This document shows, piece after piece, positions 48,372-59,198 of a stretch of 64,000 bases of DNA. This DNA is from Desulfomonilia bacterium (GTDB lineage: Bacteria; Desulfobacterota; Desulfomonilia; UBA1062). The stretch is from assembly GCA_963664325.2 (NCBI GenBank), contig CAXXDQ010000007.1:416001-480000 (forward strand), written 5' to 3'. The notes beneath the pieces are model-generated. The model worked only from the letters and a program-made list of their open reading frames with translations. It made no database searches and had not been told where the DNA came from. Position 1 is the stretch's first letter, and every line of letters begins with the position of its first letter. A program made the position numbers and the translations under genes.

Positions 48372-50176
48372 TCATAAAAACATTTTCGCAATGTCATCCA
48401 TGAATTTTTCTGCAACAATCTTTCGCTTGAGTTTCAAGGTATGCGTCATCATTCCGTTTTCGATACTGAAATCCTCGGCAAGAAGCACGACCTTTTTCGG
48501 TATCTCGTATCCGCCGTATTTGCCTTTCAGACTTCGTGCAATCTCATCGCCCACATATTTTATAATCTCGGCGTTGGCGGCCATTTCATCAACCCCTGTC
48601 GGCAGGCCCTTACTTTCCGCATATTTTTTGAGAAGCTTGTAGTCCGGATAAGCCAGGCAGATATTGTACGGCTTTCCTTCGCCGTATATCATCGCATTCA
48701 GCACGACAGGGTTGAGCTTGATATCCTCTTCTAATGATGCAGGAAAAACGTACTTGCCGTTTTCGAGCTTGAACTGCTCCTTGATTCGGCCCGTAATATA
48801 TAGGAAGCCGTCCTCGTCGAACCTGCCCCTGTCGCCGGTCCTGAACCCGCCGTCCTCAGTCATTACAGCCTTCGTCTCTTCCGGCTTGTTGTGATAGCCG
48901 AGCATGACGCTCGGTCCGTAGACAATGATCTCGCCGTCGGCAGCACCCGGTTCGACGACCGAACTGTCGATCTTGACCGTTATCCTGTCAAGCAGCTTTC
49001 CGACGCTCCCCAGCCTGTGCGCACTGAAGCAGCTCATAGTGACGCCGGGTGAGGTCTCGGTCAGCCCGTAGCAGTCGAATACCGGTATACCTATATCAAA
49101 AAAAGAACTGGGCGACTTCGATGTTCATCGTAGCGCTGGCAGTCAATGCGCCTTCCAGCCTGCCGCCGAACTTGTCCCTTACCTTCTGGAAAACAATCTT
49201 GTCGGCAAGTTTGAATTTTATGTCGTTTATAATGCTTTTACGGCCGGATTCCTTAAGTTCCCTTTTTTTCTTTGCCGAACTCAGGCCCATATTAAACAGC
49301 TTTTCCGGCAGACCGCCTTCCTCTTTCATCTTCTTGAACAACGTCGAATATATCTTATTAAATATGCGGGGTACGGCGATTATGTATCTCGGCTCGATGA
49401 GCGCAATGTCATCGAGCAGCGTCTCGGTTTTTTCCATGAATCCTATGGAGCCGCCAAACAGGAACCAGCCGTAGAGCTCGGCGCATTGCCCGAAGACATG
49501 CGCCCAGGGGAGTATGGATATGCTCCTTGTCTCTTCATTGAGTTCGGGATAGATGATACACCCGCATCTCGCCATGTGTGTATAGTTACCGTGAGAGAGC
49601 AGCACGCCTTTCGGGTCACCGGTCGTACCGGATGTGTATATGATAGTCGCCACATCGTACGGGTCAGGTTTGATTGAAGGAACGGGTTTTTTTTCGCCTT
49701 CGGCTTCCAGGGCCTTCATGGTTCCGGGCCCGTCGCCTTCTATGAGTATTATTTTTTCAAGCGAAGGTATCTCCGCGGGGAAATCCTTCACCTTCTCATA
49801 AATTGATTTCTTCGATACGAAGAGCACCTTCACGCTGCTGTCTTTGATTATATACCTGCAGATTTTTATGAGTTCGGCCTCGTACATCGGGACGTATATC
49901 GCGCCCCGGCCGTATGAAGCGAATGCCGCAACGGCCCATATCCGGACAGTTGTTGGCTATGATGCCCACAGAGTCGCCTTTTCCTACACCGAGCAAGGCA
50001 AGCCCGGCACGAAGGTTGTCCACCCTTTTCCCTATTTCGCCATAGGTTGACCATTTAAGAGACTTGCCGTCCGCTGATTTGACGCCGAAAAGCTTGTTGT
50101 TTGTAAAACGTCTTACTCCCTCTTCGCACAGGTCTACAAGGTTATCCGGCTTGTTGTACTCCCATCGCTGCTGCAT
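48372..50176 (-). CDS. fadD: Long-chain fatty acid-CoA ligase, split by two one-base frameshifts (~49943 and ~49100)
   Basis: YTSGTTGDPKG, YGLTETSP (in the bridging frame), GFRTGD.G, ITGRIKE. The second break is in a poly-T run. Confidence 0.82.
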
Positions 50177-50284
50177 AAGAATTCTCCCGATTTTTCTGGG
50201 TATCTACACCCTATTCGATATCATGTCTACAATGTGTTAAAAATGAATTTGAAATATTGCAGCCGATACACCAACCGGGTTTTA

Positions 50285-51835
50285 TTATTCAACCTTTCTG
50301 ATAATCAGCTTCTTCCCGAACACCTTGGAAAAGGCCTCCCTGTGATTCTGCGCGCCCCAGGTCTCGAGATCACAACCCCTGTCGCATCCGAGCTCGAGTA
50401 TAACCGCATTTTTTTCGCCCGTTTTAAACCGGGCATGATTAATCAGGCCGGCGTGGCTCCTGTCAAGGCTTTCCGCAATCCTTAACAAAATCGAGTGGAC
50501 CTTGACGGTATCAACGGACTTTTCATCAAGGCCCGCAGTCTCCGGTCCTTTCCTTCCCGGAAAGCCGCGCCTGTGGAAAAAGACATCGGCGGCCATAATT
50601 AAAATTTCCCTCTGGTTGAACCCCAGCAGGTCCGCATTCCTTATGAAATAGCTGCTGTTGGCATGATGGTTGCTGTATGAAAGGAACGCCCCTATATCAT
50701 GCAGGATGGCAGAGCAGTGAAGCAGTTCCCTCCTGCCGGAGCCCTGCCTGTGAAGCAATATCTCCCTGCCCGTATCAAACATCTCAAGGCAAAGGCGTGC
50801 GACTGTCATGGCGTGCTTTTCATCAAAGCCGCATCTCCTGCCAAGGCTCAATACGCTCCTCATCCTTATTGAGACCTCAGGCGCTTCCTGGCCGTATTCC
50901 CTGTCAAGATAGTCAATGAGCAGTCCATCCCTTAATTCACGGGTGCTTATCCTGAGTTCGGGTATCCCGGTTTCAGACATGATGGTTTCGAGGATTGCCG
51001 CTCCGGCAACTAATATGTCAGCCCTTTTAGGATTCATTCCGGGCACATTCCGTCTTTCCCTGAGAGGCAGAGAACATAGCAGTTTCGATACCTGCTTCAG
51101 GTCTTTCAGCCTGAGCAGCGATTTTCTGTCCTCATCACCCTTATAGATTACTTGTCTTGAGATCTCGGCAAGATTCTGCGCAGTACCGGAACTCCCCAGG
51201 GCTTCTTTCACACCTGATGCCCTGATTGCCTGCACAGGCCTGATGGACGTACTTTTTACATGCTCGCAGATCATGGCATATTGTTTCGGCGGGATAGGCC
51301 CCTCGATGCCATCGGTATATTTCATGGAAAGCCTTATTGCCCCGAGTTTCATGCTGTCCAGAAAGATGTATCCGTTATTGTCACCGACAATGACTTCCGT
51401 ACTTCCGCCGCCTATATCTATGAATAGAGTCCGCTCGATTATCTTATCACCGCGCGAAACGCCCAGGTATATCAGCCTTGCCTCTTCCTTCCCCGAGACC
51501 ACATTCATTTCAATACCGGCCTCGTATTTAAGAAGATCAAGAAATTCTTTCTGGTTTGAAGCATCCCTGGTTGCCGAAGTAGCCACGGCAACAATCTCTG
51601 CGGCACCAAAGGTATGAGCCATGCTGACAAAGTTCCTGCATACGGCGACTGCCCTTTGAATGGCCTCGGGTTTTATCCTGTTATCGTCGAACTGCCCTTC
51701 CCCAAGCCTTATCATCTCTTTCTGGCGGGAGAGTTCGGTATAAGACCTTTCACTTTCAAACCGGGCTATCATCAGGCGCACCGAGTTGGTGCCCATGTCC
51801 ATGAACGCGACTACCTTTGGTTTATCGGGTTTCAT
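50285..51835 (-). CDS. ppx: Ppx/GppA exopolyphosphatase with HD domain
   Basis: DMGTNSVRL, ATSATRDA, EEARLI, DIGGGSTE, LHDIG. Confidence 0.92.
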   Translation of the reverse strand: MKPDKPKVVAFMDMGTNSVRLMIARFESERSYTELSRQKEMIRLGEGQFDDNRIKPEAIQRAVAVCRNFVSMAHTFGAAEIVAVATSATRDASNQKEFLDLLKYEAGIEMNVVSGKEEARLIYLGVSRGDKIIERTLFIDIGGGSTEVIVGDNNGYIFLDSMKLGAIRLSMKYTDGIEGPIPPKQYAMICEHVKSTSIRPVQAIRASGVKEALGSSGTAQNLAEISRQVIYKGDEDRKSLLRLKDLKQVSKLLCSLPLRERRNVPGMNPKRADILVAGAAILETIMSETGIPELRISTRELRDGLLIDYLDREYGQEAPEVSIRMRSVLSLGRRCGFDEKHAMTVARLCLEMFDTGREILLHRQGSGRRELLHCSAILHDIGAFLSYSNHHANSSYFIRNADLLGFNQREILIMAADVFFHRRGFPGRKGPETAGLDEKSVDTVKVHSILLRIAESLDRSHAGLINHARFKTGEKNAVILELGCDRGCDLETWGAQNHREAFSKVFGKKLIIRKVE

Positions 51836-53149
51836 CTGAATATGATTTCCCGGCTGAAAACCTTTTTCATAAGGTCCGACTTTAAAAGGCCGTATTCGAG
51901 TTCGGTTTCAGAAGGCCGCAAAGTCTTGCATATTATCGTAATGTTATCAGGTGATACATCGCATATAAGACTTGAAACGGCATTCGAATGCGATCTGTCC
52001 AGGCCGTCTGCCACCCTTAATATGGCGGAAAGCTTGTCCACCCTTTGCCTGTCGGTTTCCGTCAGTGACGAATAAGGGGCCTGATCCTTCTCCGGCAGCG
52101 CCTTCCTGTGGTACCTTGCGACAAGCGCCGTGACAAGCCGTTCATTTTCCGTAAAAGACGGCAGGCTGCCTTTAAGTATCATTTCCATCGAGAGCTTGTG
52201 ATGCGCCCGGCCTCCCTCTGCAATGCCGATATCATGGAGGAGCGACGCACATTTCAGGATTGTCCTGTCGTGCGATGAAAGGCCGTGAAAGGCCTCAAGT
52301 TCGTCAAAAATCTGCTCGGAAAGCTTCATAACCTGTCTTGCATGCGCCTCCTCATAGCAGCTGGCCACTGCAAGGCTCTCAGCCTGGTTCTCGAGTTCAC
52401 TTCCCCTTGAATCCTCCTGGTCCTTAATCGATGTGTAGTTCCTGGCCTCAAGCAGCATCTTCGAGAATACATCGGGCAGCCCACTGCCGATAACAGCGCC
52501 GGCAGCGGCCCGGACATCATAATCGACCCTGTAATGATGCACCTTGACATCCTTCTTGGAGTTTATCTCAAGGATGGCGAATGAAGCCCTCGTGTCACCG
52601 TCATCAGGAAGACCTGTCGAGCCGGGATTGATAAAAACGGCATTGCCCGCCTTCCTCACAAAAGGCCTGTGTGAATGCCCGCAGATTATTATGTCACAAT
52701 CCGACTTCGAGGCAATCTCGGCAAACCTTTCGGTCGGCGTATCGGGTCCCAGATGCTCCCTGTCAGACTCCGGGCTTGCATGAACCAGAAGTATTTTTCT
52801 CCCTTCAATTTCAAGGACCCTTTTCATTGGAAGGTTTTTTACATATTTCCTGTTCGATGAGGAAAGGGCTTCATATGAAAATTTCAGCATGATGAACTTA
52901 TCCGGGTCTTTTTCATGCTGCCAGGCGGAAGCTTTTTTCGGGAATTTCATAATCCTTGTATCGAAATTGCCGGTTATGCCGAGCACCTTTTTTTTTCTGA
53001 GAATGCTAACGACCTCGTCAGGAAAAGCCCGAACCCCAGCATGTCCCCAAGGTCCCATACACACTCGGCCCGTGTTTTTTTGCCTGATTCAGTACTGTCT
53101 TCAGCGCATGCATGTTAGAGTGTATGTCGCCAATTAGCGCTATTTTCAC
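51832..53149 (-). CDS. YfcE-like metallophosphoesterase fused to HD domain (5' frameshifts in G runs)
   Basis: GTG start at 53149 reads MKIALIGDIHSN; LGD in a shifted frame; GNFD, GHSH, NPGS; HD domain LHDIG. Confidence 0.8.
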
Positions 53150-54175
53150 TTAAACCTGCTCTTCGTTTGAATTTTGTTCAGCTGCATCACCTGAATTCAG
53201 AAAATCCGAGAGTGTCTGCCACACTGGAAGCAATTCTTCCCATACCTTTATAAATTCATCATACCTTTTCTTTCTGAATTCCGCCCTGTCCTTTTCAAGG
53301 CACGCAATCCCGGTTTTCAAACGCGGGATAATGCGTACATTTCCGCTGTATTCAATGGCTCTTCCTGCTTCGTCTTCGAGAAAAACCGGCAGAAAGTGCG
53401 CCCATACATCACAGTCGTGTATATCGCCAAGTATTTCCTGAATTGCCTTTGCCGCCTTGATCGGTTTTCTGAGCCTTGTCCTGAAAAGCGGCTCGAAGCT
53501 TTCCATCGCGTATCTGAGATGCTTTGCGGCAATACGCATCTGATGAAGTTCAACACTGCGAGAAGGCTCTCTGATATACATTTCATAACCGAAAAGTTCC
53601 CCCAGAAGCGCCTTTATTTCCCTTGAAGCAAGCATGAACGCATAACGGCCGGGCTTTGCCGGTTTGTCAAAGGCCATTGTGCCGAGTATGGTCCGGAACA
53701 GTTCCTGCATCTCCGTGAATATCCGGCCGTCCTCCATGCGCGTGACAGCTTTGGTTACAGCCGACTGAAGGCCTTCCCTCCTCTGGGTCAATCTGAGCAG
53801 CAGCCTTCTGATGCCTTCCTTCTGTCTCCTTGTTTCAAGGGAGTCCATAAATTCCCTTATATGGATTATCTGGACATCGGCATCCCGGGCCTCGCCCAGG
53901 GCCCGAGTCAGCGAACGCACCCTTTTTCTGTACATCGAGGCCTTTGCATCAGGCAGACATTCTGCGAAAAGCTTCAGGCGGGTCCTCAATCTCCGGGAGG
54001 CAACCCTCATCCTGTGAAGGAACTCAGCGTCTTCCGCAATCTTTACGCCTTCGGCCTCCCGCATTATGGCCTGGAGCTGTGCCGTTAGCGCCTCTATGCT
54101 GAATTTTACAAACATCCTGTCAGGAGTCGCTGTATCGGCTACTTGTTCCATGAACCCCTGTTCTCCAGCAGCCAC
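53150..54175 (-). CDS. CHAD domain (polyphosphate-binding) protein
   Basis: LHRMRVASRRLR, LGEARDADV, LHQMRIAAKHLRY, LGDIHDCDV. Confidence 0.9.
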   Translation of the reverse strand: MAAGEQGFMEQVADTATPDRMFVKFSIEALTAQLQAIMREAEGVKIAEDAEFLHRMRVASRRLRTRLKLFAECLPDAKASMYRKRVRSLTRALGEARDADVQIIHIREFMDSLETRRQKEGIRRLLLRLTQRREGLQSAVTKAVTRMEDGRIFTEMQELFRTILGTMAFDKPAKPGRYAFMLASREIKALLGELFGYEMYIREPSRSVELHQMRIAAKHLRYAMESFEPLFRTRLRKPIKAAKAIQEILGDIHDCDVWAHFLPVFLEDEAGRAIEYSGNVRIIPRLKTGIACLEKDRAEFRKKRYDEFIKVWEELLPVWQTLSDFLNSGDAAEQNSNEEQV

Positions 54176-56316
54176 TGCTGCGAATCGATCTCATCCTGTC
54201 CCTCGGCATGCACTATCCTGGAATATGTTCCGTCAGGCAGCAATAGCCTTGATTTGACATTATCATCCAGATGAACTTTCAGTATTCTTTCATAAATAGT
54301 CTTTTTGATCTTTTCATAGAGTATCGGGAACAGGACCTCGATCCGTCTGTCAAGATTTCTCGGCATCATGTCCGCGCTTCCCAGGAACATCTCGTCCTTG
54401 CCCCCGTTCCTGAAATAGAAAATCCGTGCATGTTCAAGAAACCGTCCCACTATGGATGTAACCCTGATGTTCTCGCTTACCCCGGGAATACCCGGTCTTA
54501 GGCAGCATATGCCGCGTATCTGGAGGTCGATTTTCACCCCGGCCTGAGATGCCCGGTAAAGCGCCTGGATAATCTTCTTGTCGACGAGAGAGTTCATTTT
54601 GAATGCAATGTAGCCGTCAGCCTTTTTCCGGTGTCTTTCTATTTCGCGATCAATACGCAAAAGAACTTCCTTCCTCATCCGTCCAGGCGCCACAAGCAGG
54701 CTTGTAAAATCGCTCTTCGCGGAATAGCCCGTGAGAGAATTGAACAGGTCGGTTACATCTTCGCCTATGGCAGGATTGCAGGTAAAAAGCCCGATGTCCG
54801 TATAAATGCGGCTGGTGATCGTGTTGTAGTTGCCGGTGCTCATGTGGACATAGCGTACTATTCCATTTTTCTCGCGGCGCACCACGAGGCAGAGCTTTGC
54901 ATGCACCTTCATGCCGATGAGGCCGTAGACCACATGCACACCCTCTTTTTCAAGCGCACGCGCCCAGTGTATGTTGGTTTCCTCATCAAAGCGCGCCTTC
55001 AGTTCAACCAGTGCGGCCACCTGCTTGCCTTCGATTCTCGCATCCATGAGGGCGTCGTAAATCGGCGAATTGACGCCTGTCCTGTAAAGAGTGAGTTTTA
55101 TTGCCAGTACATCAGGATCTTTTGACGCCTGCCTTATAAAATCGACAACCGGCGTAAAGCTCTCATAGGGGTGGTACAGGATGATATCGCGGTTCCTTAT
55201 TTTACTGAAGATATCGCCGCTGCCTGAAAAAACCTTCGGCACGGAAGGTATGTATCCAGTATCCTTAAGGTCCGGCCTGTTGATCTTTGCAAGCTGCATA
55301 AGGTCGGTCGTACCCATCAGGGATTTCGTTACAAAAACCAGATAAGGCTCCACTTTTAAATTTCTCATGAGGATATCTCTGATTCTTGCAGGCATGGTTT
55401 CATTCACTTCAAGCTTAACCGCAATACCGAAATGCCTCAAATCAAGACCTTCCTCGACCGTTGTCAGGAGGTCGGAGGCCTCGTCGTCCTCTATTTCTAT
55501 ATCGGCGTCCCTTGTAATCCTGAACGGATATGAGGCGTCCACCTTCAATCCCGGAAAAAGCGTGTCCAGATTAGCGGCAACAACTTCTTCCAGAGGGACA
55601 AAGCAGTATCTTCCCTGCTTTGCCAGAGGCTCAAACTCTGTCTTGTCGTCACTTTTTTCTGGAATTCCAATGAACCTCGGGAATATATCGGGCATCTTCA
55701 GCCATGCAAACCTGTCGCCTTTCTTCGAGTCGTTTATCATAACGGCCAGATTGAGGCTCAGACTCGAAATATGCGGAAACGGATGCGAGGGGTCAAAGGC
55801 CAGCGGCGTTAAAACAGGGAATATCTCCTTTCTGAAATACTCCCTCAAATAATCTTTATCCTCCTTCTTCAGCGACTGGTAGGAAAGCACGCTGATTCCG
55901 GCCTCTTTCAGTTTCGGCCTGAGGTCCTCCTCCCAGCATTTATCCCTGGTTTCCAGAAGGGGCTGCAGCATCTTCCTGATTTCCTGAAGCTGTTCGCCAG
56001 GGAGCATGCCGTCTATAGAACGCTCCTGGGAACCCGACGCAAGCTGATCCCGCAGGCCTGAAACCCGTATCATGAAAAACTCGTCCAGGTTGCTCCCGAA
56101 TATCGAGAGAAACTTGACCCGCTCCAGAAGCGGCTGGGACTGGTCCAGAGCCTCCTCCAGCACTCTGGAATTGAACTGAAGCCAGCTCAGTTCCCGGTTG
56201 ATGTAAAGCCCGGGATCATTGAGAGAATCCATGCCTGTCTTTGCAGAGACCTTTTCCGGAGCCTTTTTACCTGCTATACGCTTTTTCACATCTTTTGGTT
56301 TCTTTTCTTTCTTCAT
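54139..56316 (-). CDS. ppk1: Polyphosphate kinase 1
   Basis: NRELSWL, NLDEFFM, HPYESF, ELKARFDE, KVHAK, RFLEH, SADMM.RN. Confidence 0.97.
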   Translation of the reverse strand: MKKEKKPKDVKKRIAGKKAPEKVSAKTGMDSLNDPGLYINRELSWLQFNSRVLEEALDQSQPLLERVKFLSIFGSNLDEFFMIRVSGLRDQLASGSQERSIDGMLPGEQLQEIRKMLQPLLETRDKCWEEDLRPKLKEAGISVLSYQSLKKEDKDYLREYFRKEIFPVLTPLAFDPSHPFPHISSLSLNLAVMINDSKKGDRFAWLKMPDIFPRFIGIPEKSDDKTEFEPLAKQGRYCFVPLEEVVAANLDTLFPGLKVDASYPFRITRDADIEIEDDEASDLLTTVEEGLDLRHFGIAVKLEVNETMPARIRDILMRNLKVEPYLVFVTKSLMGTTDLMQLAKINRPDLKDTGYIPSVPKVFSGSGDIFSKIRNRDIILYHPYESFTPVVDFIRQASKDPDVLAIKLTLYRTGVNSPIYDALMDARIEGKQVAALVELKARFDEETNIHWARALEKEGVHVVYGLIGMKVHAKLCLVVRREKNGIVRYVHMSTGNYNTITSRIYTDIGLFTCNPAIGEDVTDLFNSLTGYSAKSDFTSLLVAPGRMRKEVLLRIDREIERHRKKADGYIAFKMNSLVDKKIIQALYRASQAGVKIDLQIRGICCLRPGIPGVSENIRVTSIVGRFLEHARIFYFRNGGKDEMFLGSADMMPRNLDRRIEVLFPILYEKIKKTIYERILKVHLDDNVKSRLLLPDGTYSRIVHAEGQDEIDSQQWLLENRGSWNK

Positions 56317-56447
56317 TCTATATTGTTCGGCTGTGAGGCTCCTTTTTCTTTACAGTTTTCTTGTATCAATCACCTATGAACCCCAACACGCCTGCATAAA
56401 TTATGTTGATGAACAGGATGCCCTTGATTGAAAAACAGCACGACAGG

Positions 56448-56810
56448 TTATCTGGCAAATATCATTTTCAGTGATATCGCAAACAAAGCTATCCCGAATA
56501 TTTTTTCCAACAGCGTTTCCGGCAGGGTTACAGCCAGCTTTGCTCCTAAAAGACTGCCAATGAAGAAACCAAGGCAGATAATAAATGCAATTTTTATATC
56601 GACATAACCCTGTTTGTAATATGCCCATGCGCCCAGAATACCTATGGGCGGAATTAATAAGGCCAATGTCGTACCCTGAGCCATATGCTGTGAAAAACCA
56701 AAAAGAAATATCAGGGCAGGAACAATTATGACTCCTCCGCCTATGCCTATCAGGCCGCTCAAGCTCCCTGAAACCAGACCCAAGCCAAGAAAAAGCAGGA
56801 TTCTGACCAT
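56448..56810 (-). CDS. Sulfite exporter TauE/SafE family protein (half-size)
   Basis: SGLIGIGGGVIIVPAL, AQGTTL. Confidence 0.85.
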   Translation of the reverse strand: MVRILLFLGLGLVSGSLSGLIGIGGGVIIVPALIFLFGFSQHMAQGTTLALLIPPIGILGAWAYYKQGYVDIKIAFIICLGFFIGSLLGAKLAVTLPETLLEKIFGIALFAISLKMIFAR

Positions 56811-56877
56811 TATCTCCTCCTAATTTGTCGGCCGCATAATTCAGCCCGGTATCATATTCCCTAATTATTGATATTCG

Positions 56878-57822
56878 TCAGGCAAATGTGAACCTTGTCC
56901 CTGACATGCTCAGGATGAATGCCGGCAGTTCCTTCTCCATGGCCATCATGGCGGTCCTGCCGGTGCAGTGGCACGGGATGATATGTTCGGGTGCAATCTG
57001 CTTCAGTTCATTGATCGTGGGTGTGACGACGGCATCCATGTTCGCTCCTCCCAGGTGGAAGCCGCCTATTACGGCGTGGACCTTTTCGATTCCGGTCACT
57101 TTGCGCGCATGTCTGATCGTGTTGATAACGCCTGCATGGGCACAGCCCGTAAGAATTACGAGACCCTTGCCTCTCAATGAAAAGACAAGTGAAGAATCAT
57201 CGATGATGTCATCCTTGTGTTCGCCCGAACCGTCGGCATAAGTCGCAAAAGGCATGCCCTGCTCGAACGCGGTCTGTCTGGGAACCTCTCCCAGAAACAG
57301 GGAGTATCCGCCTATCATTTCAACAGGTTTTTCCGAGAGAATCATCTCAAGCCCCATTACGGAAAGACTCTCTTTCTTTAATTCAGGGAATCTCAGTTTG
57401 AAGTCTTCTGTGAATTTCAGATAGCGGTTGCTGTCAAGAGCAAAGGGATGCAGAAAAATTTTCAGAGGCTTTCCGATTTTTTCAGTAATTTTTTCGATGC
57501 CCCCTGTATGGTCCATATGGCCGTGTGAGAGTGCAAGTTCTTCTATCTTCGACGTGTCAACTCCAAGCGCATCCATATTATGAACCACGCCTTCCGGTGA
57601 ATACCCGAAATCAAAAAGGAGCGTGTGTTCGGTGACACCGTCAGTCGTTTTCACAAGGGCCGAAAACCCGTGTTCCGCAATGACGGAATTCTTTATGTAA
57701 CCATCCTTAACTGGATTGGCCCTGGCTGCAACCGGGCTTGCCGGAGCTTCAACAAGGTCTATATAGTTGTCCTGGAGAACGAGTATCTCAATCTTTTCAG
57801 ATTCTTTTATCTTCATTTGCAA
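56878..57822 (-). CDS. MBL-fold metallo-hydrolase
   Basis: AEHGFS, SHGHMDHTGG, GCAHAG, GGFHL, PCHCTG. Confidence 0.88.
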   Translation of the reverse strand: MQMKIKESEKIEILVLQDNYIDLVEAPASPVAARANPVKDGYIKNSVIAEHGFSALVKTTDGVTEHTLLFDFGYSPEGVVHNMDALGVDTSKIEELALSHGHMDHTGGIEKITEKIGKPLKIFLHPFALDSNRYLKFTEDFKLRFPELKKESLSVMGLEMILSEKPVEMIGGYSLFLGEVPRQTAFEQGMPFATYADGSGEHKDDIIDDSSLVFSLRGKGLVILTGCAHAGVINTIRHARKVTGIEKVHAVIGGFHLGGANMDAVVTPTINELKQIAPEHIIPCHCTGRTAMMAMEKELPAFILSMSGTRFTFA

Positions 57823-57830
57823 TCTCCCCT

Positions 57831-58310
57831 TTATTTATTAAACGCTTCGATAACGGCATCCGGAACCCTGACCGCAACAACTTCACCCCGTGCGCACTCG
57901 ACTCCGCCAGAAGAAAGAATGGTAGTTATTATAACCTTTTTGGGCTTTATCTCTTTTGCGCTTGATCTGAGTTCAAGAGGCACCCCCATCGGCGTCGGGC
58001 TCTTGAAATCGACATGAAGCGCAGCGGTCAGAAACCTTATTTCCGGCTTGCTTCCGATCTCCCTGCCTTCGGCACGCGCTGCATAGGCGGCCGCCGAACC
58101 CGTGCTGTGGCAGTCAATAATCGATGCTATGAGACCGCCGTACACCATTCCCGGGATCGCCATGTATTTCCCGTCAGGAATAAAGGTGCAGACCGTTTCG
58201 TCTCCGTCCCAGAAGCTTTTTATCTGCAAACCTTCGCTGTTCAATCTTCCGCAGCCATAGCAATGGCTGAAGTTGTCCGGATAACAATCCTGAAAGGCCT
58301 TATTGTTCAT
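57831..58310 (-). CDS. PaaI / hotdog-fold thioesterase
   Basis: HCYGCG..N..GL, YGGLIASIIDCH, PTP. Confidence 0.85.
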   Translation of the reverse strand: MNNKAFQDCYPDNFSHCYGCGRLNSEGLQIKSFWDGDETVCTFIPDGKYMAIPGMVYGGLIASIIDCHSTGSAAAYAARAEGREIGSKPEIRFLTAALHVDFKSPTPMGVPLELRSSAKEIKPKKVIITTILSSGGVECARGEVVAVRVPDAVIEAFNK

Positions 58311-58662
58311 GGCAGCCGTGCTCATGGAGTTCACATGCGACTCCCGAATCCGTCAGGTTTCCTGAAAGCCAGGCCAGCATCACTTCTTTTACATCGCCGG
58401 AACAGCCCCTCACAACATCGATCCCGACGCTGTTGAGCACATTGACCGCACCCTGGCCCATAATGCCGGCAAGCATCAGGGTAACTCCCATCTGTTTGAG
58501 CGTACCGGCTATGTTGGACCTGCAGCCGCAGCCCGCCTGGGAACTGACAATTTCCAGCGCAGCGATTGATCTTTTCTCGTCAACCGTAAAAACCGTAAAA
58601 TACTCGCAATGTCCGAAATGTTCATCTATCCTGTTCTGTCTCGATGGTAACGCTATTTTCAT
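58300..58662 (-). CDS. NifB/NifX family Fe-Mo cluster-binding protein
   Basis: MKIALP, HFGHCEYF, GCGC, MGQGA. Confidence 0.85.
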   Translation of the reverse strand: MKIALPSRQNRIDEHFGHCEYFTVFTVDEKRSIAALEIVSSQAGCGCRSNIAGTLKQMGVTLMLAGIMGQGAVNVLNSVGIDVVRGCSGDVKEVMLAWLSGNLTDSGVACELHEHGCHEQ

Positions 58663-58672
58663 TTTTTTCTCC

Positions 58673-59074
58673 TTAAACTTTTCTTATATTTTTTCTGCAG
58701 TAGGGACATCTTCCCGCGTTATTCATCCCCTCGCAGAGAACTGTCGCCCTTTTGCAGTTTTCGCAAGGATTCATGCCGGGCTTGACGATAAAGATATCAC
58801 CCCCGCTTATTCTGAGGGCCTTTCCGTTCACAATAAAATCTGCGATCTTCTGCTGGGCTGATTCGATTATCCTGCCGAATGTCGGACGTGATATGTTCAT
58901 CATAGCCGCTGCCTGTTCCTGGTACATGCCCTCGTAGTGCGCAAGCCTTACGGCCTCGAATTCATCCAGGCTCAGATGAACTTCCCCGCAGGAAGAAGCC
59001 TTCACTCCTTCCGGCTTAAAGCATGTATTCTCCGGCATCAGGCCTATGTTTCTGCAGCACTTGGGTCTGGGCAA
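58673..59074 (-). CDS. DUF134 family HTH protein
   Basis: MPRPKCCR, FKP, DEFEAVRL, QEQAAAMMNISRPTFGRI; C-terminal CxxC...CPYC. Confidence 0.9.
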   Translation of the reverse strand: MPRPKCCRNIGLMPENTCFKPEGVKASSCGEVHLSLDEFEAVRLAHYEGMYQEQAAAMMNISRPTFGRIIESAQQKIADFIVNGKALRISGGDIFIVKPGMNPCENCKRATVLCEGMNNAGRCPYCRKNIRKV

Positions 59075-59093
59075 ATCGAGCTCCTATTAAATT

Positions 59094-59123
59094 TGTTATA
59101 AGCATATGCTCATAATATTTCAA
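59094..59123 (-). promoter_or_regulatory. Sigma70-like promoter with an overlapping palindromic operator
   Basis: Minus strand TTGAAA-17 nt-TATAAC; near-perfect palindrome TTATAAGCATATGCTCATAA at 59096-59115. Confidence 0.65.
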
Positions 59124-59198
59124 GGTTTTATTGTATGCGTAAACATTTGAAGAGACAGCAGGAATGCTTACTGGAATCTACAGAGGTCAGAATCTTTT

